Assembly (NCBI GenBank): GCA_039028615.1
Contig: JBCCHT010000038.1
Span: 52,441 to 116,440, forward strand
From: Myxococcota bacterium
GTDB taxonomy: Bacteria > Myxococcota_A > Polyangia > Nannocystales > Nannocystaceae
Length of the DNA: 64,000 bases
Direction: 5' to 3'
The notes beneath the pieces are model-generated. The model had not been told where the DNA came from and did not search any database. It saw only the letters and a list, made by a program, of their open reading frames with translations. Both the position numbers and the translations under genes were made by a program. Numbering within the stretch: the first letter of the stretch is position 1; each line of letters opens with the position of its first letter. Below, piece by piece: positions 30,955-41,387 of this stretch.

Positions 30955-33242
30955 CCCGTAGCCGGGCGGCGCTCGTCGGAGCGCTGCTCGGGCTGTCGCT
31001 GGCATCGTGCAACCGAGGCCAAGCCCCGAGCGTCGAGCCCGAGGAGCCGGCCGCAGCCCCGCAAGCTGCGGCCGATTTCGATCCGGGACCGAGCCTCGAC
31101 GAGATCGCGGCGGCCATCGACCCGGGACCGCAGGCGCTGCTGTCGGCCGAGCTGCCGCCGTGGTTTGCCGAAGCGCTGCGGGTCCCCGCCAGCGGGGATC
31201 CGGCGGCGATGCTGGCCGAGGCCGACGCCAAGCTCGACGAGGCCAAGAACCGGGCCAAGGCGGGCGGCGACACGGCCGTGCTCGAGGCGCTGGTCGAGCT
31301 GGCCCGCGGCGTGGTGCTGGCGGAGCGAGCCGCCGCCGCGAGCGGGGAGCTGTCCCCCGAGGTCGCGCTGGTGCTCGAGCGCGTCTACGACACGGTCGAC
31401 GCGCCCGCCCTGGCCAACGATCGCAACCTCTTCGCGCGCATGCTGCAGGGCTTCGTGACCCTGATCGCCGAGCACGGTGAGGCCGGGGACTCGGCCGCGC
31501 TCAATCAGATCGGACAGCTGGTGTTCCAGGGGCTGCAAAAGGCCGGCCCCGCTCGGCTGCACGTGGTGGCGGAGCTGCTGCGCCAGGCGCCCGATCACGC
31601 CGAGATTCCCGATGTGCTCGTGCGGGCGTCCAAGTCGGTGCATCGCCAGGACGAAGCGCTGGCCATCGGCATGGTGCGGCGCTCCATCGCGCTGCGGAAG
31701 GCCGATGCGGTCACCGCCGAGCACTGGCTCGACCTGAGCGAGGCCTGTCATGGCGCGCTGAAGCTGCGCTGCGGCGACGATGCCCTCGCTCGTGCCCAGG
31801 CGCTCGGAGCCGGAGACGACGAAGCGCTGCAGGGGCGCATGAAGACGGCCGAGTCCACGGCCGAGCATGCGCGCCGGGCCGTCGACCTCGCAGATGCGGC
31901 CAGCCTCGACGATCGCCTCGAGCGAGCCGAGCATCTCGTCGAGCTGACCCGCCACGAAGAAGCGCGAGCGATCTACGAGCAGCTGCTGCGGTTGCACCCC
32001 GAGGACGCCCGCCCGGTGGTGGGCTTCGCCGGCTCGCTGCTCAACCAGTACTTCGACGTCGTGGGGGCGCTGGAGGTCATCGAGCGCTCCAGCCCTCGCG
32101 AGCACCTGGACGAGACCTGGTACGAGATGGTCATCGGGGTGCGGGCGACCACGATGATGTACTTCATGCTGCCGCAGCTGGACATGGAGGACCCGGACGC
32201 GGCCTTCGAGGCGCTGCGCCCGATGCTCGTCCAGCTCGGTCGCGACATCGAGGGCCTCAACGGCCTGGGCGCGGAGAAGGGGCGGGTCCTCAGCTTCGTC
32301 TACACCCTGGGCATGGAGGCGTGGCTGAAGACGCACGCGACCGAGCAGACGGCGTGGGTGTCCTTCGTGCGCAGCTTGCTGCCGCGGGTGCAGAAGCTGC
32401 GCGCCGAGGTGCCCAAGAGCCGACACGCGTATGCGTTCGCGCTGGCGACCGCGGAGTTCTCGGCCGATCGCGAGGCGGCGCTGAGCGTGATCGACATCGA
32501 GCCGCCCGCCGACGATCTGGCAAAGCGGCGCGCGCAGGCGGCCTTCGACCTGGTGGCGACCTGGGACGCGAGCGAGCGGGTGACGCAGCTGCTGCGCATC
32601 GTCGACGCGGCCGATGGTCCCGACCAGCCCCTGGCAACGCGACAGCTGGCCGTCGACGCACGGGTCCTGGCGCATCGGCTGGGCACGGCGCAAGACCTGG
32701 CCGCGCTCGAGCGGCGCTATCGCGAGCTGTACGAGACCACCGCCGGCTCTCACGACTCACAGCTGATCAACAACCTGGCGGTGATCGTGGCCGAGCAGGG
32801 GCGGCAGGACGAGGCGCAGGCGCTGTGGGCCATGGCGATCGAGTACGGCGGCGAGGATGGCAATCACGTCCCACGGCTCAATGCGCTGGCGGCCAAGCTC
32901 GCCGCGGGCAAGCCCCTGAACTCGGGTGAGCGCAAGCAGCTCGACGACTTCGTCGAAAACGGGGACTACGTCGACGTTCGGCTCCAAGCCCAGGCCTGGC
33001 GGGTGCACACCAAGGCCAAGAAGGCCGAGCGCCAGCTCGCCGCCGACTCGGCCAAAGAGGCGGAAGACAACTACCGGCCGCGACACATGCGGCACCGCGG
33101 CAGCGTATCGTTGCCGGGCAGCATGGAGATCAACCTGGGCTACTCCACCCGCGACGGCTTGGTGCTCAACCTCGACGCGGTGGGCATCCCCTGGTTCCTC
33201 GTCCCGTGCCCGGTCGCCATTCCCGACGCGCGGGACAAATAG
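30951..33242 (+). CDS. Large alpha-helical/TPR-like lipoprotein
   Basis: LSLASC lipobox; TPR-like EEARAIYEQLLRLHPED and NNLAVIVAEQGRQDEAQALW; GTG overlaps the upstream stop. Confidence 0.75.
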   Translation: MTRSRAALVGALLGLSLASCNRGQAPSVEPEEPAAAPQAAADFDPGPSLDEIAAAIDPGPQALLSAELPPWFAEALRVPASGDPAAMLAEADAKLDEAKNRAKAGGDTAVLEALVELARGVVLAERAAAASGELSPEVALVLERVYDTVDAPALANDRNLFARMLQGFVTLIAEHGEAGDSAALNQIGQLVFQGLQKAGPARLHVVAELLRQAPDHAEIPDVLVRASKSVHRQDEALAIGMVRRSIALRKADAVTAEHWLDLSEACHGALKLRCGDDALARAQALGAGDDEALQGRMKTAESTAEHARRAVDLADAASLDDRLERAEHLVELTRHEEARAIYEQLLRLHPEDARPVVGFAGSLLNQYFDVVGALEVIERSSPREHLDETWYEMVIGVRATTMMYFMLPQLDMEDPDAAFEALRPMLVQLGRDIEGLNGLGAEKGRVLSFVYTLGMEAWLKTHATEQTAWVSFVRSLLPRVQKLRAEVPKSRHAYAFALATAEFSADREAALSVIDIEPPADDLAKRRAQAAFDLVATWDASERVTQLLRIVDAADGPDQPLATRQLAVDARVLAHRLGTAQDLAALERRYRELYETTAGSHDSQLINNLAVIVAEQGRQDEAQALWAMAIEYGGEDGNHVPRLNALAAKLAAGKPLNSGERKQLDDFVENGDYVDVRLQAQAWRVHTKAKKAERQLAADSAKEAEDNYRPRHMRHRGSVSLPGSMEINLGYSTRDGLVLNLDAVGIPWFLVPCPVAIPDARDK

Positions 33243-33264
33243 CGCTCGCGTCGGTGCGACGATC

Positions 33265-33304
33265 GAAAAAACCTTCCGTGCCCGGGGGCGCGGAAGGTTT
33301 TTCG
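33265..33304. terminator. Bidirectional intrinsic terminator
   Basis: gaaaaaaccttccgtgccc..ggcgcggaaggtttttc between convergent genes. Confidence 0.8.
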
Positions 33305-33314
33305 TGTCGGGCGC

Positions 33315-33980
33315 TCAGCTCTTGCCGTGGAAGAAGGCGTCGAGGACCGGCCCCATGTTCTCGGGGGTGTCCTCGCCCCAGGCGCCGCCCGTGATCTTGT
33401 GGCTGGTGGGGCTGCCCGATGCGCTCAGCTTGTAGAACACGGGGATCGAGGTGTTGTCGAAGCCGCCCTTGGACAGGTTCGCCCCCCACTTGTCGGAGTC
33501 GAGCCGGATCAAATAGACGCCCTTGAAGGCCTGGGTGATGAGCGGGTGCTCCATCGAGGCCTCGAGCTTCTTGCAGGGCGGGCACCACTCGGCCCAGACC
33601 TCGACGAAGGGGGTGAGGTTCTCGGACCGCGCGACGGCGGCGTGCTTGGTCAGGATTCGAGCCAGCGCCACGCCCTCCATGGGCTCGACGTTGACGACCT
33701 TCGACTCGACCGGCGGGCGGTTCTTCTTGTCGAAGGGGTTGATGGCGGCGCGTTTCTTGTGCGCCTCGGCGCGGGCCTTGGCATCGGCCAAGCCCTTGGC
33801 GCCCGCGTTGGCCGGGTCGGTCCGCACGCTCGCGATGGCCTTGTCCTTTTTCTCGTCGGCGTCCGCGTCTTTGGCCTTGGTCGCGTCTTTGGCCTTGGCC
33901 TCGGTCTTCGGTGCTTCGGCCTTGGTGCACGCGGTCAGCGTCAGGGCACAGGAGAGGGCGACGAAGGTAAGGGAGCGCAT
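33315..33980 (-). CDS. Thioredoxin-fold lipoprotein
   Basis: LTAC lipobox, Lys/Ala-rich linker, FVEVWAEWCPPCK, cis-Pro loop SIPVF. Confidence 0.85.
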   Translation of the reverse strand: MRSLTFVALSCALTLTACTKAEAPKTEAKAKDATKAKDADADEKKDKAIASVRTDPANAGAKGLADAKARAEAHKKRAAINPFDKKNRPPVESKVVNVEPMEGVALARILTKHAAVARSENLTPFVEVWAEWCPPCKKLEASMEHPLITQAFKGVYLIRLDSDKWGANLSKGGFDNTSIPVFYKLSASGSPTSHKITGGAWGEDTPENMGPVLDAFFHGKS

Positions 33981-34026
33981 CGCGGGGATTGTATCGGCCC
34001 CGGGGCGTCGTGGGGCGGTGGCCAGC

Positions 34027-34845
34027 TCACGAGATCCGACGGGAAGCCAGCGACGCGAGCCGGTTGGTGACCCGCGGTACGGCGCGCTCCAGATGCCAGG
34101 CCAGCCGCGCGTGAACGCTGTCGATGGCGTATAGCTTGCCTCTGGCGGCCGCTGCGAGGCCCACTCGGATGACGTCGTGGGCATCGGCGCCCGCCCGCTC
34201 GAGCACTCGCTGCCCCAGGTTGTGCATCGTGCCCTGCAGCGCATCGCCCTCGGTGGAGGCATGGTCGACGATTCCCGTCCGCGTGAACGACGGGCAGAGC
34301 ACGGTGACGCCGACCCCGCCCGGACGCAGCTCGGCGTGCAGCGACTTGGACAGCCCGACCACCGCCGCCTTGGTGGCGGCATAGGCCGACAGCTGGGGGA
34401 TGGGGGCGAGGCCCGCCACCGAGCCCACGTTCAGCAGCGACCCGCGGCCGCGCGCGAGCATGGGGCCGGCGAAGATCCGGCACCCCTGCACGACCCCGGT
34501 GACGTTGACCGCGATGAGGCGATCGATGGCGTCCGCGTCGGCGCTGGCGAGGGGCCCGGCGACCAGGATGCCGGCGTTGAGCACCGCGAGGTCGGGCGTG
34601 CCGGCCCAGGCCTCGGTCGCGTCGGCGAGTCGCTGGAGCTCGGCACTATGGCGAACGTCGCAGCGCACCACATGGGCCTCACCTTGGGCGCGTCGCACGA
34701 GCTCGGCCGTCTCGGCCAAGCCTTCCTCGTCGATGTCGGCCACTACGACGCGTCCCCGCCGTCGTCCCAGCTCCACCGCAAACTCGCGCCCGATGCCGCT
34801 GGCGGCACCGGTCACCACCGAGACCGCACGCTTGAAGCCCGTCAT
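34027..34845 (-). CDS. Short-chain dehydrogenase/reductase
   Basis: TGAASGIG, NAG, GSVAG, YAATK. Confidence 0.92.
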   Translation of the reverse strand: MTGFKRAVSVVTGAASGIGREFAVELGRRRGRVVVADIDEEGLAETAELVRRAQGEAHVVRCDVRHSAELQRLADATEAWAGTPDLAVLNAGILVAGPLASADADAIDRLIAVNVTGVVQGCRIFAGPMLARGRGSLLNVGSVAGLAPIPQLSAYAATKAAVVGLSKSLHAELRPGGVGVTVLCPSFTRTGIVDHASTEGDALQGTMHNLGQRVLERAGADAHDVIRVGLAAAARGKLYAIDSVHARLAWHLERAVPRVTNRLASLASRRIS

Positions 34846-35375
34846 CGCGTCAGCCCGAAGTAGAGCACCAGGGTCTCGGCCCCGCGGAGGCTGAGGTAGG
34901 CCTGCCCGAGATAGAGCCCGTCGCGAAGCTGGCGAAGCTCGTCCTTGATGGGGCGGATGAAGAACGGGTTTTCCGGCAGGTCGTAGTCGAGCTGGAGCGC
35001 ATCGAAGTCGCCCGCGCGCGACGGGCCGATGAAGGTCTCGAAGCGAAAGAGCCGGAGCCGGTCGACCATGACGCGATTGATGCCCTCGCCCTCCGCGGTG
35101 GTGCCGGGCATGAAGCTCTTGCCCCGCCACACGAAGAGGTTCGAGCTGGCCCAGCTGCGGGCGAAGCGAGCCGCCGCCCCGCCGAGCACGGTGGTGGCGA
35201 GCATGCGTCCCCGCAGATCTCCGCGGACCTCGTCGAGCGCGGGCACGCTGGCCCGCTGATACAGCGCGCTGAGCGCGGCAGGGGCGAGCGCGAGCAGCTC
35301 ATCGAGGTCTCGCACGCCGGGGGCAGGGGGCACGCTGTCGGGCCTGGCGGAGGTTTGTTCTTGGATTTCAGGCAT
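34842..35375 (-). CDS. Hypothetical protein (beta-barrel-like)
   Basis: 177 aa; WRGKSF..GINRV..LDYDLPENPFFIRPIKDELRQL..GLYLG; stop overlaps the SDR start. Confidence 0.75.
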   Translation of the reverse strand: MPEIQEQTSARPDSVPPAPGVRDLDELLALAPAALSALYQRASVPALDEVRGDLRGRMLATTVLGGAAARFARSWASSNLFVWRGKSFMPGTTAEGEGINRVMVDRLRLFRFETFIGPSRAGDFDALQLDYDLPENPFFIRPIKDELRQLRDGLYLGQAYLSLRGAETLVLYFGLTR

Positions 35376-35401
35376 TTGGGGACCTCGCTCGAGGGTTGTC
35401 G

Positions 35402-35457
35402 AAGTTCACATACGAGTTAGTATGTGAACTTGATCTTTCACATACCAATCCGTATGT
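35402..35457. promoter_or_regulatory. Two tandem palindromic operators ACATAC-N6-GTATGT
   Basis: aagttcacatac-gagtta-gtatgtgaactt (35402-35431) and acatac-caatcc-gtatgt (35440-35457) between divergent genes. Confidence 0.75.
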
Positions 35458-35466
35458 CAAGGAGCA

Positions 35467-36072
35467 GTGGCGGGGGAACGCAAGGCAGCCAAGCAAAGAA
35501 CCCGGCGGGCGTTGATCGACGCCGCCTTCGAGTTGTTCTCGGAGTCGGGACTCGACGGGCCCAGCCTCGATGCGATCTGCGAGCGCGCCGGATACACGCG
35601 CGGCGCGTTCTATGTGCACTTCGCCGATCGCGACGAGCTCATCGTCGCGGTGATGGAAGAGGCGGGCCCGCCCATCCTCGACGAGCTGATCGCGGCCGAC
35701 TCCAACGAGGACCTGGCCACGCTCTTCACTCGCTTCCTCGCCGCGTTCGCCGACGGCAGCTATCCCTTGGCGCCGCGCGGCGGGATCCGTGCGCACCAGT
35801 TCATCGACGCCTGCATCCGTTCCCCCAAAGTGGGGCAGCGCTACGTGGAGCTCGTGGTCGAAGCGATGGCCCGCGTCGCGCACGGGGTCGAGCGAGGGCA
35901 GCAGGGAGGCCAGCTCCGCGACGACGTGGACGCCCAGGCGATCGCGGCCCTGCTCGTGGGCGCCATCATCGGCAGCCAGACGATGAGCGAGCTGGGCGTG
36001 CCCTACGATTTTTCCGCCACGGCCGCGGCGGCGCTTCGAATGCTGCTGCCCGGAGCCGAGGGCGACGCCTAG
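35467..36072 (+). CDS. TetR/AcrR-family regulator
   Basis: TRRALIDAAFELFSESG..SLDAICERAGYTRGAFYVHFADRDEL. Confidence 0.93.
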   Translation: MAGERKAAKQRTRRALIDAAFELFSESGLDGPSLDAICERAGYTRGAFYVHFADRDELIVAVMEEAGPPILDELIAADSNEDLATLFTRFLAAFADGSYPLAPRGGIRAHQFIDACIRSPKVGQRYVELVVEAMARVAHGVERGQQGGQLRDDVDAQAIAALLVGAIIGSQTMSELGVPYDFSATAAAALRMLLPGAEGDA

Positions 36073-36073
36073 C

Positions 36074-36271
36074 TCAGGTCACCAGCGTCAGCAGGTCGAG
36101 GATCATCGGGCCGAGGATGGCGCAGAGCACCGCGGCGCCGAGGCTGATGCCGACCATGACCGGCATGCTGAGCTGCACGCTCGCGACCGAGAGCACGGTG
36201 AAGGTCAGGCCCGCTCCGACCACGGCCCACAGCAGTCGCCAGCCGAGCTTGGTGTTCGAGTCGTCTGCCAC
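36074..36271 (-). CDS. Small two-TM membrane protein
   Basis: 65 aa with two hydrophobic helices. Confidence 0.6.
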   Translation of the reverse strand: MADDSNTKLGWRLLWAVVGAGLTFTVLSVASVQLSMPVMVGISLGAAVLCAILGPMILDLLTLVT

Positions 36272-36479
36272 GCATCCGATGGTACTGCGACCGGTCGTGG
36301 GCGCTCGGGAGCGATGGCGTTTCCGGGTGTTCCCGGCGAATCTGCGTGACCAGCGCTGGCGCTACGCCGCCGTCTTCGTGCCTTCCGCGGCCAAATACGA
36401 GAGCGCGCGGGCTCGCGAAGGATCGTCGGGGCGGCTCGAGCTTTCGCTCGGCCGCGCGGGCACGGGCCGAACGCGGCGC

Positions 36480-37253
36480 CTAGAAATTACATTCCACGAC
36501 CATGGCCGTGATGTTGTCGGTGCCGCCCGCCTCGTTCGCTCGATCGATCAGGGTCGAGACCGAGTCTTCGAGGTCGGTGGCCTTTTGGATGATCTCGTGG
36601 ATCTCCTCGTCGGTGAGCATGCCCGACAGGCCGTCCGAACACAGCACGTAGCGATCGCCGTTTTGCAGATCGACCTTGGTGATGTCGACCATCACGTGAT
36701 CCCGCATGCCGAGCGCTCGGGTGATCACGTTCTTGTGCGGGAAGTTGCGCGCCTCTTCCTCGGTCATGTCCGGGCGCGCTTCCTTGTAGTCCTCGAGCAG
36801 CGAGTGGTCGCGGGTGATCGGCTTGATGCTGCCGTTGCGAACCCGATAGCAACGCGAGTCACCCACGTGCGCCACGAACCCCTGGTCGCCCTTCACGATG
36901 AAGCTGACGATCGTCGTGCCCATGCCCCGCAGCTGCGGGTTCTTGGACGCCGACTCGTGGATCCGTTTGTTGGCCAGTCGCACCGACGCGACCATCCGAT
37001 TTTCCACATAGGACAAAGAATGGTCGTAGCGGTACGGCCACGTCGCATCTTGATCCTTGCTGTGACGGTAGAACTCGCCGATGACGTCGGCCGCCAACTT
37101 ACTGGCGACTTCACCCGACGCGTGGCCGCCCATGCCATCCGCTACGATGAAGAGCTGCTCGTCCTCGATCAGCGCGAAGTAGTCCTCGTTATGAGTCCTC
37201 TTCATGCCGACATCGGTCTTGGCCGCGTACCGGATTCGCACGTCGGGAATCAT
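36480..37253 (-). CDS. PP2C-family Ser/Thr phosphatase (Stp1/Pph1-like)
   Basis: [46 protein letters not shown]. Confidence 0.94.
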   Translation of the reverse strand: MIPDVRIRYAAKTDVGMKRTHNEDYFALIEDEQLFIVADGMGGHASGEVASKLAADVIGEFYRHSKDQDATWPYRYDHSLSYVENRMVASVRLANKRIHESASKNPQLRGMGTTIVSFIVKGDQGFVAHVGDSRCYRVRNGSIKPITRDHSLLEDYKEARPDMTEEEARNFPHKNVITRALGMRDHVMVDITKVDLQNGDRYVLCSDGLSGMLTDEEIHEIIQKATDLEDSVSTLIDRANEAGGTDNITAMVVECNF

Positions 37254-37374
37254 CGTATCCGACGCCGCTTACCCGTCCAAGATGCCGGGGCCCACCATCT
37301 GTAGGTCAGCGGCACCTCGATGGGCGGTCCTTGACATTTGCGCAGTAATGCACCAAGGTTGGCGCGCTCACGTC

Positions 37375-38709
37375 GTGAACGCTTTCGCCCCTAATTGTTC
37401 GGCCCCCGTGGCCTATCTCGTCACCGTCGGCGACGAACTGCTCGCCGGCGACATCGTCGACAGCAACAAGGCTAAACTGGCCTCTAGCGCTCGTACAGGC
37501 GGTTTCGAGGTGGTACGCGCGGTTTCGGTTCGCGACCGCCTCGAAGAAATTGGGCAGGTCCTGCGGGAAGCGGCCGCCATGGCCGACGTGTGCCTGGTCT
37601 CGGGGGGTCTCGGCCCCACCACCGACGATCTCACCACCGCCTCGGTGGCCCATGCGGCCGGGGTTTCCTTGCGCCGGGATGCCGACGCCGAGGCTCGGCT
37701 CGAGGAGAAGTTCCGCCTTTTCGGCCGGCCGATGCCCGAGTCCAACCGCAAGCAGGCCGATTTTCCCGAAGGCGCCGAGATCATCCCCAACCCCATCGGC
37801 AGCGCCGAGGGGTTGCGCATGACGATGCCCGGGGAGCGGCAGTGCCAGGTCTTCGTGATGCCGGGCGTGCCGCGCGAGCTGAAGAAGATGCTCGCCGAGC
37901 AGGTCATGCCGCGGCTGCACGAGCGCTTCTCCACCGTGGCGGTGCCGCGGCGGATCTACCGGGTGCTCGGGCACGGCGAGTCCTCGGTCGCCAAGCGCAT
38001 CACGCCGCTGCTGGACGAAGCCCGCGAGCGCTCGCCCGGGCTGGCCGCGATGTTCGTGCACTACCGGGCGTCGATGCCCCAGGTCTCCGTCATCCTCGAG
38101 GCCACGCCCGACGCCAAGGGCTCGCAGGCCACCGCGGCCGAGCTCGCGTCGCTCGACGCCGCGATGATCGAGGTGCTCAGTCCCGGCATCTACGGGATCG
38201 GTGAGGCTCAGCTCCCGCCGCGGGTCGTCACCGCGTTGACCGAGGCGGGCCTGCGCCTGAGCGCGGCCGAGTCGTGCACGGGCGGCGGCCTCGGGGCGGC
38301 GATCACCAGCGTCGCCGGGTCGTCCGCGTGCTACCGCGGTGGCGTCATCGCCTACGACAACGACGTGAAGCAGCAGCTGCTGGGAGTCCCGGCCGAGCTG
38401 CTCGAGGCGCATGGCGCCGTGTCCGAGCCGGTGGCGGTGGCCATGGCTCGCGGGGTGTGCGATCGCATCGGAAGCGATCTCGGCGTGGGGATCACCGGAA
38501 TTGCCGGCCCCGGCGGCGGAAGCCCCGAAAAACCCGTCGGAACGGTGCATATCGCCGTTGCCGACGGCTCCGAAATTCTCCACCGAGCCCTCTCGTTGCG
38601 GGGCAATCGTGGCACCGTACAGCGGGCCGCGACCCAGTGGGCGCTCAAGCTCGTCTGGGACCGCCTCGTCTCCCGCAACCTCGCGGCGATCGCCGAGCGC
38701 GATCGCTGA
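37375..38709 (+). CDS. cinA: CinA competence/damage-inducible protein (MoCF-like plus PncC NMN deamidase)
   Basis: VGDELLAGDIVDSN, GGLGPTTDDLT, PGVPRE, AESCTGG, GAVSE, ITGIAGPGGGSPEKPVGTV; start uncertain. Confidence 0.92.
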   Translation: MNAFAPNCSAPVAYLVTVGDELLAGDIVDSNKAKLASSARTGGFEVVRAVSVRDRLEEIGQVLREAAAMADVCLVSGGLGPTTDDLTTASVAHAAGVSLRRDADAEARLEEKFRLFGRPMPESNRKQADFPEGAEIIPNPIGSAEGLRMTMPGERQCQVFVMPGVPRELKKMLAEQVMPRLHERFSTVAVPRRIYRVLGHGESSVAKRITPLLDEARERSPGLAAMFVHYRASMPQVSVILEATPDAKGSQATAAELASLDAAMIEVLSPGIYGIGEAQLPPRVVTALTEAGLRLSAAESCTGGGLGAAITSVAGSSACYRGGVIAYDNDVKQQLLGVPAELLEAHGAVSEPVAVAMARGVCDRIGSDLGVGITGIAGPGGGSPEKPVGTVHIAVADGSEILHRALSLRGNRGTVQRAATQWALKLVWDRLVSRNLAAIAERDR

Positions 38710-38781
38710 TCTCCTCCTCACCCCCACGCCGGCCGTGTCCAAGGGCCGCGCGAAGACCTTCGATCAGAAAGCGAGTTCGTC

Positions 38782-39921
<1,140 letters not shown>

Positions 39922-39953
39922 GCGCCCGCGCAAGGCGGCAGGCCGTCACGGCC

Positions 39954-39988
39954 AAGAGGGCTCGGCGTTCGTTCGCCGGGCCCTTTTT
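39954..39988. terminator. Intrinsic terminator between recA and radA
   Basis: aagagggctcggcg-ttcgtt-cgccgggcccttttt. Confidence 0.75.
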
Positions 39989-39995
39989 CGTGCCG

Positions 39996-41387
39996 TCAGC
40001 GGCCCAGCGACGCTTCGAGGGCCTGCCGGACGTTGGCGACTTCGACCAGCTCCAGCCCCTTGGGCACGGGGACGCGTCGGCGGCTGCGCTGGCGCGCCAC
40101 CAGGGCGCGACGGAAGCCGAGCCGCGAGGCTTCGTTGAGTCGCAGCTCGAGCCGCGTCGCTTGCCGCAGCTCTCCGGTCAGGCCGATCTCCCCCACCGCG
40201 ATCCACTCGGGTCCGATCGGGCGGCGCATGAAGCTGCTGGCCACGGCGAGCAGCACGGCTAGATCGGACGCGGGCTCGACCAGGCGGAGGCCGCCCGCCA
40301 CGTTGACGAACACGTCTTGATCGAGCGCGAACACGTCGCCGTGGCGATCGAGCACCGCCATCAGCATCGCGAGGCGCGAGGTATCGACGCCCACGCAGGT
40401 CCGCCGCGGGCTGCCGCCGCCGCTTTGGGCCAGCAGCGCCTGGACCTCGAGCAGCAGCGGCCGCGAGCCCTCCAGCGTGGCGGTGACGCACGAGCCGGGG
40501 GTGGCCGCGGGGCGCTCGGCGAGCAGCGCTTCGGAGGGGTTGTCGATCGGCTGCAGGCCGGTCTGGGTCATCTCGAAGACGCCCAGCTCCTGGGTGCTGC
40601 CGAAGCGGTTCTTGGTCGCCCGTAAGAGTCGGGTGGCACGGTCTTCATCGCCCTCGAAGGCCAATACCGCGTCGACCATGTGCTCGAGCAGCTTGGGGCC
40701 CGCGAGCTGACCGTCCTTGGTGACGTGGCCGACGACGATGACGGGCACGCCCTCGCTCTTTGCGTACGAGGTGAGCTGGGCGCAGACGGCCCGGATCTGG
40801 GTGACGTTGCCGGGCAGGCCGTCGTGGCTCTCGGAGAAGATCGTCTGAATGGAGTCGACGATGACCGCGGCGGGGGCCGGCTTTTGGGCGCGCGCAGCGG
40901 TGAGCACGGCTTCCACCGCGGTCTCGGCCAGCAGCAACAGGCGCTCGTTCATCGCCTTCAGGCGCCCGGCTCGGCCCGCGACCTGGGCCACCGACTCCTC
41001 ACCGCTCGCGTAGAGCACGGGCCCCACGTTGCGAGCGAGCGCGGCGCTGACCTGAAGCAGCAGGGTCGACTTGCCGATCCCCGGAGGGCCGCCGACCAGC
41101 ACCACGCTCCCGGGGACGAGCCCACCCCCGAGCACGCGGTCGACCTCGCGGATGCCACAGCTGCGGCGCGGACCCTCGTCGATGTCGTCGGCGCGGGTGA
41201 CGGGAATCGGCTCACCGCGACGAGGCGAGAGCACCACCCGGCCGTCCGACGGCGGCGCTTCGACCTGCTCCTCCAGCGTGTTCCAGGACTGGCAGTCCGG
41301 GCACTGCCCGAACCACTTGGCGAAGCTGGCCGAGCACGCCGAGCAGACCCAGCGTGTCTTGGCCTTCTTGCTCTTGGCCCTGGGCAC
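39996..41387 (-). CDS. radA: DNA repair protein RadA/Sms
   Basis: CSAC..CPDC zinc finger, GPPGIGKST, VDSIQT, KNRFG, Lon-like C-domain; GTG start overlaps the upstream TAG. Confidence 0.96.
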   Translation of the reverse strand: MPRAKSKKAKTRWVCSACSASFAKWFGQCPDCQSWNTLEEQVEAPPSDGRVVLSPRRGEPIPVTRADDIDEGPRRSCGIREVDRVLGGGLVPGSVVLVGGPPGIGKSTLLLQVSAALARNVGPVLYASGEESVAQVAGRAGRLKAMNERLLLLAETAVEAVLTAARAQKPAPAAVIVDSIQTIFSESHDGLPGNVTQIRAVCAQLTSYAKSEGVPVIVVGHVTKDGQLAGPKLLEHMVDAVLAFEGDEDRATRLLRATKNRFGSTQELGVFEMTQTGLQPIDNPSEALLAERPAATPGSCVTATLEGSRPLLLEVQALLAQSGGGSPRRTCVGVDTSRLAMLMAVLDRHGDVFALDQDVFVNVAGGLRLVEPASDLAVLLAVASSFMRRPIGPEWIAVGEIGLTGELRQATRLELRLNEASRLGFRRALVARQRSRRRVPVPKGLELVEVANVRQALEASLGR

